Source: Pseudomonadota bacterium
Lineage (GTDB): Bacteria; Pseudomonadota; Gammaproteobacteria; Burkholderiales; Burkholderiaceae_C
Direction of reading: 5' to 3'
Length of the DNA: 57,523 nt
Assembly: GCA_023410975.1 (NCBI GenBank)
Contig: JAEYPG010000150.1
Span: 1 to 57,523 of the forward strand
Shown: one piece after another, positions 8,848 to 18,275 of the stretch
Numbering within the stretch: the first letter of the stretch is position 1
Layout: every line of letters begins with the position of its first letter
The notes under the pieces: model-generated
What the model saw: the letters and a program-made list of their open reading frames with translations, nothing else
Databases searched by the model: none
What the model was told of the DNA's origin: nothing
Translations under genes and position numbers: made by a program

Positions 8848-11800
8848 ATGCCTGCCTCCCTGCCCACCGGCCTGATGCTCATCCACGGCAACCACCCGGA
8901 GGAGCTGCGCCAGTTGCTGGTGTCGTGGCTGCGCAGCCACCCGCTGGCCCCGCTGGAGACCGAGACGATCCTCGTGCAGAGCAATGGCATCGCGCACTGG
9001 CTGCGCCTGGCGCTGGCGCAGGACGCCGAGGGCGAGGGCAGCGGCGAGGCACCCGGCTGCGGCATCGCCGCCGCGCTGGAGCTGTCGCTGCCGGCGCGCT
9101 TCCTGTGGCGCGCCTACCGCGCCGTGCTCGGCGCCGAGGAGGTGCCCGAGCAGTCGCCCTTTGACAAGCCGCTGCTGGTGTGGCGGCTCATGCGGCTGCT
9201 GCCGCAGCTGCTCGAGCAGGAGGTCTATGCACCGCTGCTGCGTTTCCTGGCCTCGGACGAGGACCTGCGCAAGCGCTTCCAGCTCGCCGAGCGCCTGGCC
9301 GACCTGCTGGACCAGTACCAGGTGTACCGGGCCGACTGGCTCGCGGCCTGGGCTGCAGGGAACGACGTGCTCGTCCGTGCCGATGGCACGCGCCAGCCGC
9401 TGCCCGAGGAGCAGCGCTGGCAGGCGAGCCTGTGGCGTGCGCTGCTGTCGGACGTCGAGGGCGAAGGTGCCGGGCTGCCGGCACAGCGTGGCCGGGCCGC
9501 GGTGCACGAGGCCTTCCTGCAGCGCGTGGCGCAGTGGGGCGACGGCGAGCGCCCGGCGGGCCTGCCGCGCAGGCTCGTCATCTTCGGCATCTCCGCCCTG
9601 CCCAGGCAGTCGCTGGAAGTGCTGCACGCGCTGTCGCGCTGGACGCAGGTGCTCATGTGCGTGCACAACCCCTGCGAGCACCACTGGGCCGACATCGTTG
9701 CTGACAAGCACCTGCTGCGCGCCACGCGCAGCCGGCAGCAGCGCCGCGAGGGCATGCCCGAGCAGATTGCCGAGGAGGGTCTGCACCTGCACGCGCACCC
9801 GCTGCTGGCGGCCTGGGGGCGGCAGGGTCGCGACTTCATCGGCTTGCTCGACGAGTACGACAGCGATGCCGAGCGCGCGGGCTACCGCGTGCACTTCGAG
9901 GCCATCCGCCAGCGCATCGACCTGTTCGCCAGCCCCGGCCAGTCCTGCCTGCTGCACCAGCTGCAGGACGACATCCGCGACCTGCGCCCGCTGCGCGAGA
10001 CGCGCCAGCGCTGGCCGGCGGTGCAGCCCGATGACGGCTCGATCCAGTTCCACGCCGCGCACAGCCCGCAGCGCGAGGTGGAGGTGCTGCACGACCAGCT
10101 GCTGGCCGCGTTCAACCAGGATCCCGGCCTGCGCCCGCAGGACGTCATCGTCATGGTGCCGGACATCGACGCCTACGCGCCCCACATCCAGGCCGTGTTC
10201 GGCCTGGCCGAGCGCGGCGACGCGCGCCACATCCCCTTCCACGTCGCTGACCTCGGGCGCCGCCAGCATGACCCGCTCGTCAGCGCCCTGGCACGGCTGC
10301 TGGAGCTGCCCAACGCGCGCGTGGCCGCCAGCGACGTGCTGGCGCTGCTCGAGGTCGAGGCCGTGCGCCGGCGATTCAGCATCGAGGACGATGCCGTGCC
10401 GCTGCTGCAGCGCTGGATCCAGGGGGCCGGCGTGCGCTGGGGCCTGCACGCGGCACACCGCGGCCAGCTCGGCCTGCCCGACACGTCCACCGCCAACACC
10501 TGGCTGTTCGGCCTGCGCCGCATGCTGCTGGGCTACGCGGTCGGCGGCACCGGCGGGCCCTGGCGCGACATCGAACCCTTCGACGAGATCGGCGGCCTGG
10601 AGGCGGTGCTGCTCGGGCCGCTGGCCCGGCTGCTCGAGCGGATCGAGGCGGCCTGGCGCGTCCTCGGCGAGGACGCCACCGCCCAGCAGTGGTGCCAGCG
10701 CCTGCGTGCCCTGGTGTACGATTTCTTCGACCCCGGACAGGGCAGCGACGCCTACACGCTGCAGCAGCTCGACGAGGCCCTGGAGCGCTGGCAGGAAGGC
10801 TGCGAGGCGGCGCGGCTGGACGCCGCGCTGCCGCTTTCGGTCGTGGCCGAGCACTGGCTCGCGCAGATCGAGGAGGGGGGCTTGTCGCAGCGGTTCCTCG
10901 GCGGCGCGGTGACGTTCGCGACGCTCATGCCGATGCGCGCCATCCCCTTCCGGTACGTGGGCCTGCTGGGCATGAACGACGGCGACTACCCGCGCACGCG
11001 CACGCCCATGGATTTCGACCTCATGGGGCGCGACTACCGCCCGGGCGACCGTTCGCGGCGCGAGGACGACCGCTACCTGTTCCTCGAAGCGCTGCTGTCG
11101 GCGCGCGAGCGGCTGCTCGTGTCGTGGGTCGGCCGCAGCGTCAACGACAACACCGTGCGCCCACCCTCGGTGCTGGTGAGCCAGCTGCGCGACCACCTCG
11201 CGGCCGGCTGGCGCCTGGCCGGCTGCGAGGCGCGCTCGCAAGCCCTGCTGGAGGCGCTCACCGTCGAGCACCGCCTGCAGCCCTTCAGCCCGGACTACTT
11301 CGCGTCCAGCCCCGGCAGCCGGCTCTTCACCTATGCCGGCGACTGGCGCCAGGCCGACGACCGTCCCGTCCCGGGCGGGGAGAGCCTGCCGCCGCTGGCG
11401 CGCACCGAGCCCCTGCGGCTCTCCGAGCTCGGCAGCTTCCTGCGCCACCCCGTCAGGGCCTTCTTCCGGGAGCGGCTCAAGGTGAGCTTCGACCTGGAGG
11501 ACGCCGCCAGCGAGGACCAGGAGCCCTTTGCGCTCGACGGGCTGCAGATGTGGGCGCTGTGGGACGAGCTCATCGGCCTGCAGGCCCGGGCGCTGCGGGA
11601 CGGGCAGCCCCGGCAGGCGGCACTGGACGAGGGCCTGGCGCGGCTGCAGCGCCGCGGCGTGCTGCCCTGCGGCGCCTTTGGCGAGCTGCTGGCCGAGCGG
11701 CTGGCCGAGCCTATGGAAGACCTGTTCAGCCGCTATGAGCAGGCCCTGGAGCGCTGGAGCCAGCCCGCGCCGCACGACGAGGAGGTGCGCTGGCGCTGCA

Positions 11801-12381
11801 CGGCCCATGGGCTCGCCATCGACGACCGGCTGCACGGGCTGCGCCTAGACGGCTCGCTCCAGCGAGCCCGCGTGGTGCTGCAGACCAGCGACGCGGTCAA
11901 GAACGGGCACTACCAGCATCACCACCTCGTCCACCATTGGGTGGCGCACCTGGCGGGCAACCTGGGAGACCAGCCGCTGACGACGCTGGTGGTCAGCAAG
12001 GCCGGCAACGTCACCTTCGCGCCGCTGGACCCGGCCGAGGCGCGCGTTCACATGGACGCCATCCTGGGCGCCTGGCACGAGGGCATGCGCCGGCCGCTGC
12101 CGCTGGCCGCAAAGACGGGCTTCGCCTGGCTGTCCGACGCGGCCAGCGATGGAAAGAAGGACACCGCGGCCCTGGTCTACGAGGGGGACGGCCGCTGGCA
12201 TGACGGCGAAGTGCAGTCCTGTGCCTACCTGCAGCGGGCCTGGGCCGACTACGCGAGCCTGAGTGCCAGCGGCGAGTTCGCGCGGCTGGCCGGCTCTCTC
12301 CTGCAGCCGCTCTACGCCGCATCGTTCGCCGGCAACAGCAACCCGAAGCAGGCTGCCACTGCGGCCGGAGAACCCGCATGA
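8848..12381 (+). CDS. recC: Exodeoxyribonuclease V gamma subunit RecC
   Basis: 1177 aa. ILVQSNGIAHWL, LADLLDQYQVYRADW, HSPQREVEVLHDQLL, TLMPMRAIPF, DRSRREDDRYLFLEALLSAR. Confidence 0.96.
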   Translation: MPASLPTGLMLIHGNHPEELRQLLVSWLRSHPLAPLETETILVQSNGIAHWLRLALAQDAEGEGSGEAPGCGIAAALELSLPARFLWRAYRAVLGAEEVPEQSPFDKPLLVWRLMRLLPQLLEQEVYAPLLRFLASDEDLRKRFQLAERLADLLDQYQVYRADWLAAWAAGNDVLVRADGTRQPLPEEQRWQASLWRALLSDVEGEGAGLPAQRGRAAVHEAFLQRVAQWGDGERPAGLPRRLVIFGISALPRQSLEVLHALSRWTQVLMCVHNPCEHHWADIVADKHLLRATRSRQQRREGMPEQIAEEGLHLHAHPLLAAWGRQGRDFIGLLDEYDSDAERAGYRVHFEAIRQRIDLFASPGQSCLLHQLQDDIRDLRPLRETRQRWPAVQPDDGSIQFHAAHSPQREVEVLHDQLLAAFNQDPGLRPQDVIVMVPDIDAYAPHIQAVFGLAERGDARHIPFHVADLGRRQHDPLVSALARLLELPNARVAASDVLALLEVEAVRRRFSIEDDAVPLLQRWIQGAGVRWGLHAAHRGQLGLPDTSTANTWLFGLRRMLLGYAVGGTGGPWRDIEPFDEIGGLEAVLLGPLARLLERIEAAWRVLGEDATAQQWCQRLRALVYDFFDPGQGSDAYTLQQLDEALERWQEGCEAARLDAALPLSVVAEHWLAQIEEGGLSQRFLGGAVTFATLMPMRAIPFRYVGLLGMNDGDYPRTRTPMDFDLMGRDYRPGDRSRREDDRYLFLEALLSARERLLVSWVGRSVNDNTVRPPSVLVSQLRDHLAAGWRLAGCEARSQALLEALTVEHRLQPFSPDYFASSPGSRLFTYAGDWRQADDRPVPGGESLPPLARTEPLRLSELGSFLRHPVRAFFRERLKVSFDLEDAASEDQEPFALDGLQMWALWDELIGLQARALRDGQPRQAALDEGLARLQRRGVLPCGAFGELLAERLAEPMEDLFSRYEQALERWSQPAPHDEEVRWRCTAHGLAIDDRLHGLRLDGSLQRARVVLQTSDAVKNGHYQHHHLVHHWVAHLAGNLGDQPLTTLVVSKAGNVTFAPLDPAEARVHMDAILGAWHEGMRRPLPLAAKTGFAWLSDAASDGKKDTAALVYEGDGRWHDGEVQSCAYLQRAWADYASLSASGEFARLAGSLLQPLYAASFAGNSNPKQAATAAGEPA

Positions 12382-15300
12382 CGACCGCAACCGCCCTGGA
12401 CCCGCTGCGCTTTGCGCTGCGCGGCAGCCGACTCATCGAGGCCAGTGCCGGCACCGGCAAGACGTTCACCATCGCGGCGCTGTACCTGCGCCTCGTGCTC
12501 GGCCACGGCGCGGCGGACGAGGCATTCAGCCGGCCGCTGACGCCGCCGGAGATCCTGGTCGTCACCTTCACCGACGCAGCCACCAAGGAGCTGCGCGACC
12601 GCATCCGGGCCCGGTTGGCCGAGGCGGCCGAGTGCTTCCTGGCTGATGCGGCGGGGGTGTACCCGCGTCCCCGAGGCGAGGACCTGCTGCACGACCTGCG
12701 TGCGGAGTACCCACCGCACGCCTGGCCGGGCTGCGCGCGCAGGCTGCAGCTGGCCGCGCAGTGGATGGACGAGGCCGCGGTGTCGACGATCCACGGCTGG
12801 TGCAACCGCATGCTGCGCGAGCATGCCTTCGACAGCGGCAGCCTCTTCACCCAGCGCCTGGAGACCGACCAGTCGGAGCTGCTGGCCGAGGTGGTGCGCG
12901 ACTACTGGCGCTGCTTCATGGTGCCCCTGGACCAGGACGCGGCGCGCCGGGTGGCGGGCTGGTGGGCCTCGCCCGCGGCGCTGCAGGAGGCCGTCGCCGC
13001 AGTGTTGCCGCACGTGGGTCGCCTGGCCTCGTCTGCGGCGCCGCTGCAGGCCCTGGCTGCGGCCGACGCGGCGCATGCACAGCGCCTGGCCGAGCTCAAG
13101 GCGCCCTGGCGGGAGTGGGTGGACGAGTTGCAGGCGTTGATCGAGGAGGCCCGCGAGCGAAAGCTCTTCGACGCCCGCAAGCTCAACCGTGCCAACAGCG
13201 CCAATTGGCTCGCCGCGCTGGCCGCCTGGCGCGACGACCCGGCCCAGGTCCAGCCTGCCCTTACCGCCACGGCCTGGGAACGCCTGACACCCGACGGCCT
13301 GCAGGCGATCTGGAAAGACGCCGCCGAACCGCCCCGGCACCAGGCGCTGGACGCGCTTTGCAGCTTGCGCGATACGCTGGGGGAACTGCCCACGGGCCGT
13401 GAGGACCTGCTGCGCCATGCCGCCCACTGGGTCGCCACGCAGTTCGAAGTGGAGCGTGCCCGGCGCGCCCAGATGGGCTTCGACGACCTGCTGACGCGGC
13501 TCGACGACGCGCTGCGCGGCCCCAACGGCGCGCGGCTGGCCAGCGTGATCCGTGCGCAGTTCCCGGTGGCGCTGATTGACGAGTTCCAGGACACCGACCC
13601 CGTCCAGTACCGGATCTTCGACGCCATCTACCGCGTGCGCGACAACGACCAGGACACCGCCCTGGTGCTCATCGGCGACCCGAAGCAGGCGATCTACGCC
13701 TTCCGCGGCGCCGACATCCACACCTACCTGACCGCGCGAGCGGACACGGCCGGGCGGCTGTACACGCTGCGGCGCAACTTCCGCTCCACGCAGGCCATGG
13801 TGGAGGCGACCAACCGCTGCTTCGACGCCGCCGAGCAGCGCCCGGGAGCGGGGGCATTCCTGTTTCGCACGGCCAGCGACAACCCAGTGCCGTTTTTGAC
13901 CGCCAGCGCGCATGGCCGCGACGACGCCCTGCTGGTCGAGGGCCGCACGGCGCCAGCGCTGACGGTGTGGCGCCTGGCGGCCCCCGGTGACGCCAAGCGG
14001 TATGACAAGGGCGCCTACATCGAGGACATGGCACACGTTTGCGCCAGCGAGATGGTGCGCCTGCTCAACCTCGCGCAGCGGGGCCAGGCCGCTTTCGCCG
14101 GCGCCCATGGCGCCGTGCGCCCGCTGCAGCCGGGCGACATGGCGGTGCTGGTGAACAACCGCGCCGAGGCCGCCGCCGTCCGCCAGGCGCTGGACGAGCG
14201 CGGCGTGCGCAGCGTCTACCTCTCCGAGCGCGACAGTGTCTACCAGCGGCCCGAGGCCCTGGAGATGCAGCGCTGGCTGGCCGCCTGCGCCGCGCCGCAG
14301 GACGGCCGCGCGCTGCGGGCAGCTCTCGCCACGCCGACGCTCGCCCTGGACTGGGCGACGCTGGACCGCCTCAACCACGACGAGGCGGCCTGGGACGGCT
14401 ACGTGCTGCAGTTCCGCGGCTACCAGGAGTGCTGGCGCCGCCAGGGCGTGCTGCCGATGCTGCGCCGGCTGCTGCACGACTTCCGCGTGCCCGCACGGCT
14501 TCTGGGGGCGGGTAGCGGCGGGGAGCGCCGCCTCACGGACTTGCTGCACCTCGCGGAGCTGCTGCAGCACGCCAGCACCGCGCTCGACGGCGAGCATGCG
14601 CTGATCCGCCACCTGGCCGAGCAGCGGCAGCAGGGCGCTGGCGCCGGTGGCGACGCGCGCCAGCTGCGGCTGGAAAGCGATGCCGACCTGGTGCAGGTCA
14701 TCACCATCCACAAGTCCAAGGGCCTGGAGTACCCGCTGGTCTTCCTGCCCTTCGCCTGCAGCTTCCGCGCGACGCGCAAGGGCGACGCGCCGCTGAAGTG
14801 GCATGACCAGGAGGGCCGGCTGCAGCTGGACCTCGCCGGCCAGGGTGGCGCAGTCACGGCCGCGGACCGCGAGCGGCTGGGCGAGGACCTGCGCAAGCTC
14901 TACGTGGCCCTGACCCGGGCGCGCTACGCGACGTGGATCGGCACCGCGCCGGTCGAGGGCCTGGGGCACTGCGCCTTCGGGCACGTCGTCGGGGGCGATC
15001 TGCGTGCAGGAGTCGATGCGCTGGCCAGCGGTTGTGCGCACATCCACGTCATCGACGACCCCGAGCCGGCTGAAGAGCGCTTCGCGGTCCAGGCGCCAGC
15101 CGCGGCGGCCGGCGGCGCGCGTGTGCCCGAGCGCCGCCTGCACGAGAACTGGTGGATCGCCAGCTACACGGCACTGCATACCGCGGACAGGGCCGGTCCC
15201 GAGACCGCGCAGGAGGAGGTGTTTCGCGAGGCCGCAGCGGCGCATGCCATACCGAGCGTGCCATTGTCCCCACGGTCCCCGGCGGATGCGGGACCTTCTG

Positions 15301-16046
15301 CCGGACTGCTGCATGGCTTCCCGCGCGGCGCGGCGGTGGGCACCTTCCTGCACGACCTGCTGGAATGGGCCGCCAACCAGGGGTTCGCGCGCATCGTGGC
15401 GTCGCCCGAGCTGCTGCGCGACATGGTGGCCCGGCGCTGCGCGGTGCGCGGCTGGCAGGCCTGGATCGAGCCGCTGTGCGCCTGGCTGCGGGACCTGCTG
15501 CAGCGGCCGCTCGCGGTGCCCGACGCGCCGCCTCTCACCCTGGCCTCGCTGGGCAGCGTGGCCGCGGAGATGGAGTTCTGGGTGGGCGTGCACGCGGTGG
15601 ACACCGCGCGGCTGGATGCGCTGGTGTGTCGCCACACGCTCCCGGGCGCCAGGCGTGCGCCGCTGCAGTCGCTGCAGCTCAACGGGATGGTGCGCGGCTT
15701 CATCGACCTCGTCGCCGAGCATGACGGGCGCTACTACGTCGTGGACTACAAGTCCAACTGGCTCGGGCCCGACGACGGCGCGTACGCCGCGCCGGCGCTG
15801 CGCCGGGAAGTCGCCGAGCGGCGCTACGAACTGCAGTACGCGCTGTACCTGCTCGCCCTGCACCGGCTGCTCAGGCTGCGGCTGCCCGACTACGACTACG
15901 ACCGCCACGTGGGCGGCGCCCTGTGCCTGTTCCTGCGCGGCAGCCAGGCCAGCGGCGGCGGCGTGCATGCCGAGCGTCCGCCCCGGACGCTGATCGAGGC
16001 CCTGGACCGCCTGTTCACCCGCTGCCCCACCAAGGAGGTCGCATGA
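12378..16046 (+). CDS. recB: Exodeoxyribonuclease V beta subunit RecB
   Basis: IEASAGTGKT, LIDEFQDTD, IGDPKQAIYAFRGAD, TIHKSKGLEY, LYVALTRA. Nuclease motif GFIDLV...VVDYKSN and QYALY intact. Confidence 0.97.
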   Translation: MTTATALDPLRFALRGSRLIEASAGTGKTFTIAALYLRLVLGHGAADEAFSRPLTPPEILVVTFTDAATKELRDRIRARLAEAAECFLADAAGVYPRPRGEDLLHDLRAEYPPHAWPGCARRLQLAAQWMDEAAVSTIHGWCNRMLREHAFDSGSLFTQRLETDQSELLAEVVRDYWRCFMVPLDQDAARRVAGWWASPAALQEAVAAVLPHVGRLASSAAPLQALAAADAAHAQRLAELKAPWREWVDELQALIEEARERKLFDARKLNRANSANWLAALAAWRDDPAQVQPALTATAWERLTPDGLQAIWKDAAEPPRHQALDALCSLRDTLGELPTGREDLLRHAAHWVATQFEVERARRAQMGFDDLLTRLDDALRGPNGARLASVIRAQFPVALIDEFQDTDPVQYRIFDAIYRVRDNDQDTALVLIGDPKQAIYAFRGADIHTYLTARADTAGRLYTLRRNFRSTQAMVEATNRCFDAAEQRPGAGAFLFRTASDNPVPFLTASAHGRDDALLVEGRTAPALTVWRLAAPGDAKRYDKGAYIEDMAHVCASEMVRLLNLAQRGQAAFAGAHGAVRPLQPGDMAVLVNNRAEAAAVRQALDERGVRSVYLSERDSVYQRPEALEMQRWLAACAAPQDGRALRAALATPTLALDWATLDRLNHDEAAWDGYVLQFRGYQECWRRQGVLPMLRRLLHDFRVPARLLGAGSGGERRLTDLLHLAELLQHASTALDGEHALIRHLAEQRQQGAGAGGDARQLRLESDADLVQVITIHKSKGLEYPLVFLPFACSFRATRKGDAPLKWHDQEGRLQLDLAGQGGAVTAADRERLGEDLRKLYVALTRARYATWIGTAPVEGLGHCAFGHVVGGDLRAGVDALASGCAHIHVIDDPEPAEERFAVQAPAAAAGGARVPERRLHENWWIASYTALHTADRAGPETAQEEVFREAAAAHAIPSVPLSPRSPADAGPSAGLLHGFPRGAAVGTFLHDLLEWAANQGFARIVASPELLRDMVARRCAVRGWQAWIEPLCAWLRDLLQRPLAVPDAPPLTLASLGSVAAEMEFWVGVHAVDTARLDALVCRHTLPGARRAPLQSLQLNGMVRGFIDLVAEHDGRYYVVDYKSNWLGPDDGAYAAPALRREVAERRYELQYALYLLALHRLLRLRLPDYDYDRHVGGALCLFLRGSQASGGGVHAERPPRTLIEALDRLFTRCPTKEVA

Positions 16047-18124
16047 CGCCCGCCCTGACCACGGCGCCACTGGCCGACACCACGGCCATGCTGGGCCTCA
16101 TCGATCGCTGGGCCCGGCATGCCTGGCTGCGCGAGATCGACGCGGCCTTCGCCGCCTTCCTCGTGCGCGAGGCCCCCGACGCCCCGCCGCTCGCGATCCT
16201 GGCGGCGGCACTGGCGAGCTACCAGCTCGGCCACGGCCACGCCTGCCTCGACCTGGAGCAGACCCTGCGCGACCCGGGCCGCGCCCTGTCGTTGCCGCCG
16301 CCCGGCGACAACGACCTGGCCGGGGAAGAACCCCTGCCGTTGCCGGCCGACGTGCTCATGGGTCTCACGGCCAATGATTGGCGCCGCGTGCTGCAGGCGC
16401 ACCCGGCGCTCGTCGGTAACGCCGTGGGCGACACGCCGCTGGTGTGCGTGGGCACCCGGGTCTACCTGCGCCGCTACTGGTCCTACGAGCAGGACGTGCG
16501 CGCCGGCATCGACGCCCGGCTGGGCAGCACGCGTCCCCTGTCCGACAAGACCCTGCGCACCACGCTCGAGCGGCTGTTCCCGCGTGACCCCGCGGTTCCC
16601 GGACCGGACTGGCAGAAGATGGCCTGTGCGCTGGCCGCGCGCAGCGCGTTTGCCATCGTCACGGGCGGGCCTGGCACCGGCAAGACGACGACCGTGGTGC
16701 GCCTGCTGGCGCTGCTGCAGGCCCTCTCGCTTGCTCAGCCTGAAGCCCGTGCCCTGCGCATCCGGCTGGCCGCGCCCACGGGCAAGGCGGCCGCACGGTT
16801 GAGCCAGTCGATCGCCGGGGCGGTCACGCGGCTGGCGCTGGACGGGCTGCCGGACGCCGAGGCGGTGCGTGCGGCCATCCCGTGCGAGGTTTCGACCCTG
16901 CACCGCCTGCTGGGCAGCCGCCCCGATACCCGCCACTTCCGCCACCACGCGGGCAACCCGCTGCCGGTGGACGTGCTGGTCGTGGACGAGGCGTCGATGG
17001 TGGACCTGGAGATGATGGCCGCGCTGCTGGACGCGCTGCCACCGGCCGCGCGCCTGGTGCTGCTGGGGGACAAGGACCAGCTGGCCTCGGTGGAGGCGGG
17101 CAGCGTGCTGGGCGAGCTGTGCCGCCGTGCCGAGGGCGGCCACTACACGCCGGGCATCGCGGCCTGGCTGGCCGATGTCGCCGGCGAGCTGGTCGCGCCG
17201 CACCTCCTCGACCCCGACGGCACCGCGCTGGACCAGGCAGTGGCCATGCTGCGCCACAGCCACCGCTTCGGCGCCGACAGCGGCATCGGCCGGCTGGCCA
17301 GCGCCGTCAATGCCGGGCGGGTGGACGAGGTCTACCGCGTCCTGGCCCGCGGACACGCCGAGCTGGCGCGCCTGAGCCTGGGCGAGCGCCAGGATGCCGC
17401 CCTGCGCCGGCTCGCCATCGACGGCGCCGATGGCCCGCCGCGCACCAGCGCACAAGCACAGCCCCTCGTGGGCTACCGGCACTACCTGCATGTGCTGCGC
17501 GACGGGCGTCCTGCGGCCGGCGCGGCCCAGTCCGAGATCGACGCCTGGGCGGGCGCGGTGCTGCACGCGCACGGCCAGTTCCAGCTGTTGTGCGCCCTGC
17601 GCCGCGGCCCCTGGGGCGTGGAGGGGCTCAATCAGCGCATTGCCACCTGGCTGTGCGAGGAAGGGTTGCTTGCCGCCGCGCACGGCTGGTACGCCGGGCG
17701 CCCGGTGCTCGTGACGCGCAACGACTACGGCCTGGGGCTGATGAACGGCGACATCGGCATCACGCTGGAGCTTCCGGGGGACCGGGGCGGCAGCTCGTTG
17801 CGGGTGGCATTCACCGCGGAGGACGGCACGGGCATCCGCTGGGTCCAGCCAAGCCGGCTGCAGGCCGTGGAGACCGTCTACGCCATGACCGTCCACAAGT
17901 CGCAGGGCTCGGAGTTCACCCATGCCGCCCTGGTGCTGCCCGACCGCGCCAGCCCCGTGCTCACGCGCGAGCTGATCTACACCGGTATCACGCGAGCCAA
18001 GAGCTGGTTCAGCCTGGTCGAGGCCGGGGAAGCCCGAGTGCTGGAACAGGCCGTGCGGCGCCGGGTGCTGCGCTTTGGCGGCCTGATGGCCGACGAGCGT
18101 GCCCGCGTTGTCGGGGGCAGGTGA
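16043..18124 (+). CDS. recD: Exodeoxyribonuclease V alpha subunit RecD
   Basis: ATG 16043 with AAGGAGG RBS overlapping the recB stop. DWQ, TGGPGTGKTT, AAPTGKAA, TLHRLLG, VDEASM, GDKDQL, AMTVHKSQGSEF, YTGITRA. Confidence 0.96.
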   Translation: MTPALTTAPLADTTAMLGLIDRWARHAWLREIDAAFAAFLVREAPDAPPLAILAAALASYQLGHGHACLDLEQTLRDPGRALSLPPPGDNDLAGEEPLPLPADVLMGLTANDWRRVLQAHPALVGNAVGDTPLVCVGTRVYLRRYWSYEQDVRAGIDARLGSTRPLSDKTLRTTLERLFPRDPAVPGPDWQKMACALAARSAFAIVTGGPGTGKTTTVVRLLALLQALSLAQPEARALRIRLAAPTGKAAARLSQSIAGAVTRLALDGLPDAEAVRAAIPCEVSTLHRLLGSRPDTRHFRHHAGNPLPVDVLVVDEASMVDLEMMAALLDALPPAARLVLLGDKDQLASVEAGSVLGELCRRAEGGHYTPGIAAWLADVAGELVAPHLLDPDGTALDQAVAMLRHSHRFGADSGIGRLASAVNAGRVDEVYRVLARGHAELARLSLGERQDAALRRLAIDGADGPPRTSAQAQPLVGYRHYLHVLRDGRPAAGAAQSEIDAWAGAVLHAHGQFQLLCALRRGPWGVEGLNQRIATWLCEEGLLAAAHGWYAGRPVLVTRNDYGLGLMNGDIGITLELPGDRGGSSLRVAFTAEDGTGIRWVQPSRLQAVETVYAMTVHKSQGSEFTHAALVLPDRASPVLTRELIYTGITRAKSWFSLVEAGEARVLEQAVRRRVLRFGGLMADERARVVGGR

Positions 18125-18275
18125 ACGTGGGCGCGGCCGACGGGGAGCCGCGCTGGAGCGCATCGCGGCTGCACCGGAAGGCAAGGTGACGAGGGCGCCA
18201 GGGGCCCGACGCCGTCCGTACCGCCAGGCAGCAGCGGGGATGTGCATTGAAACGATCAACGACGAGGGAGCATTG

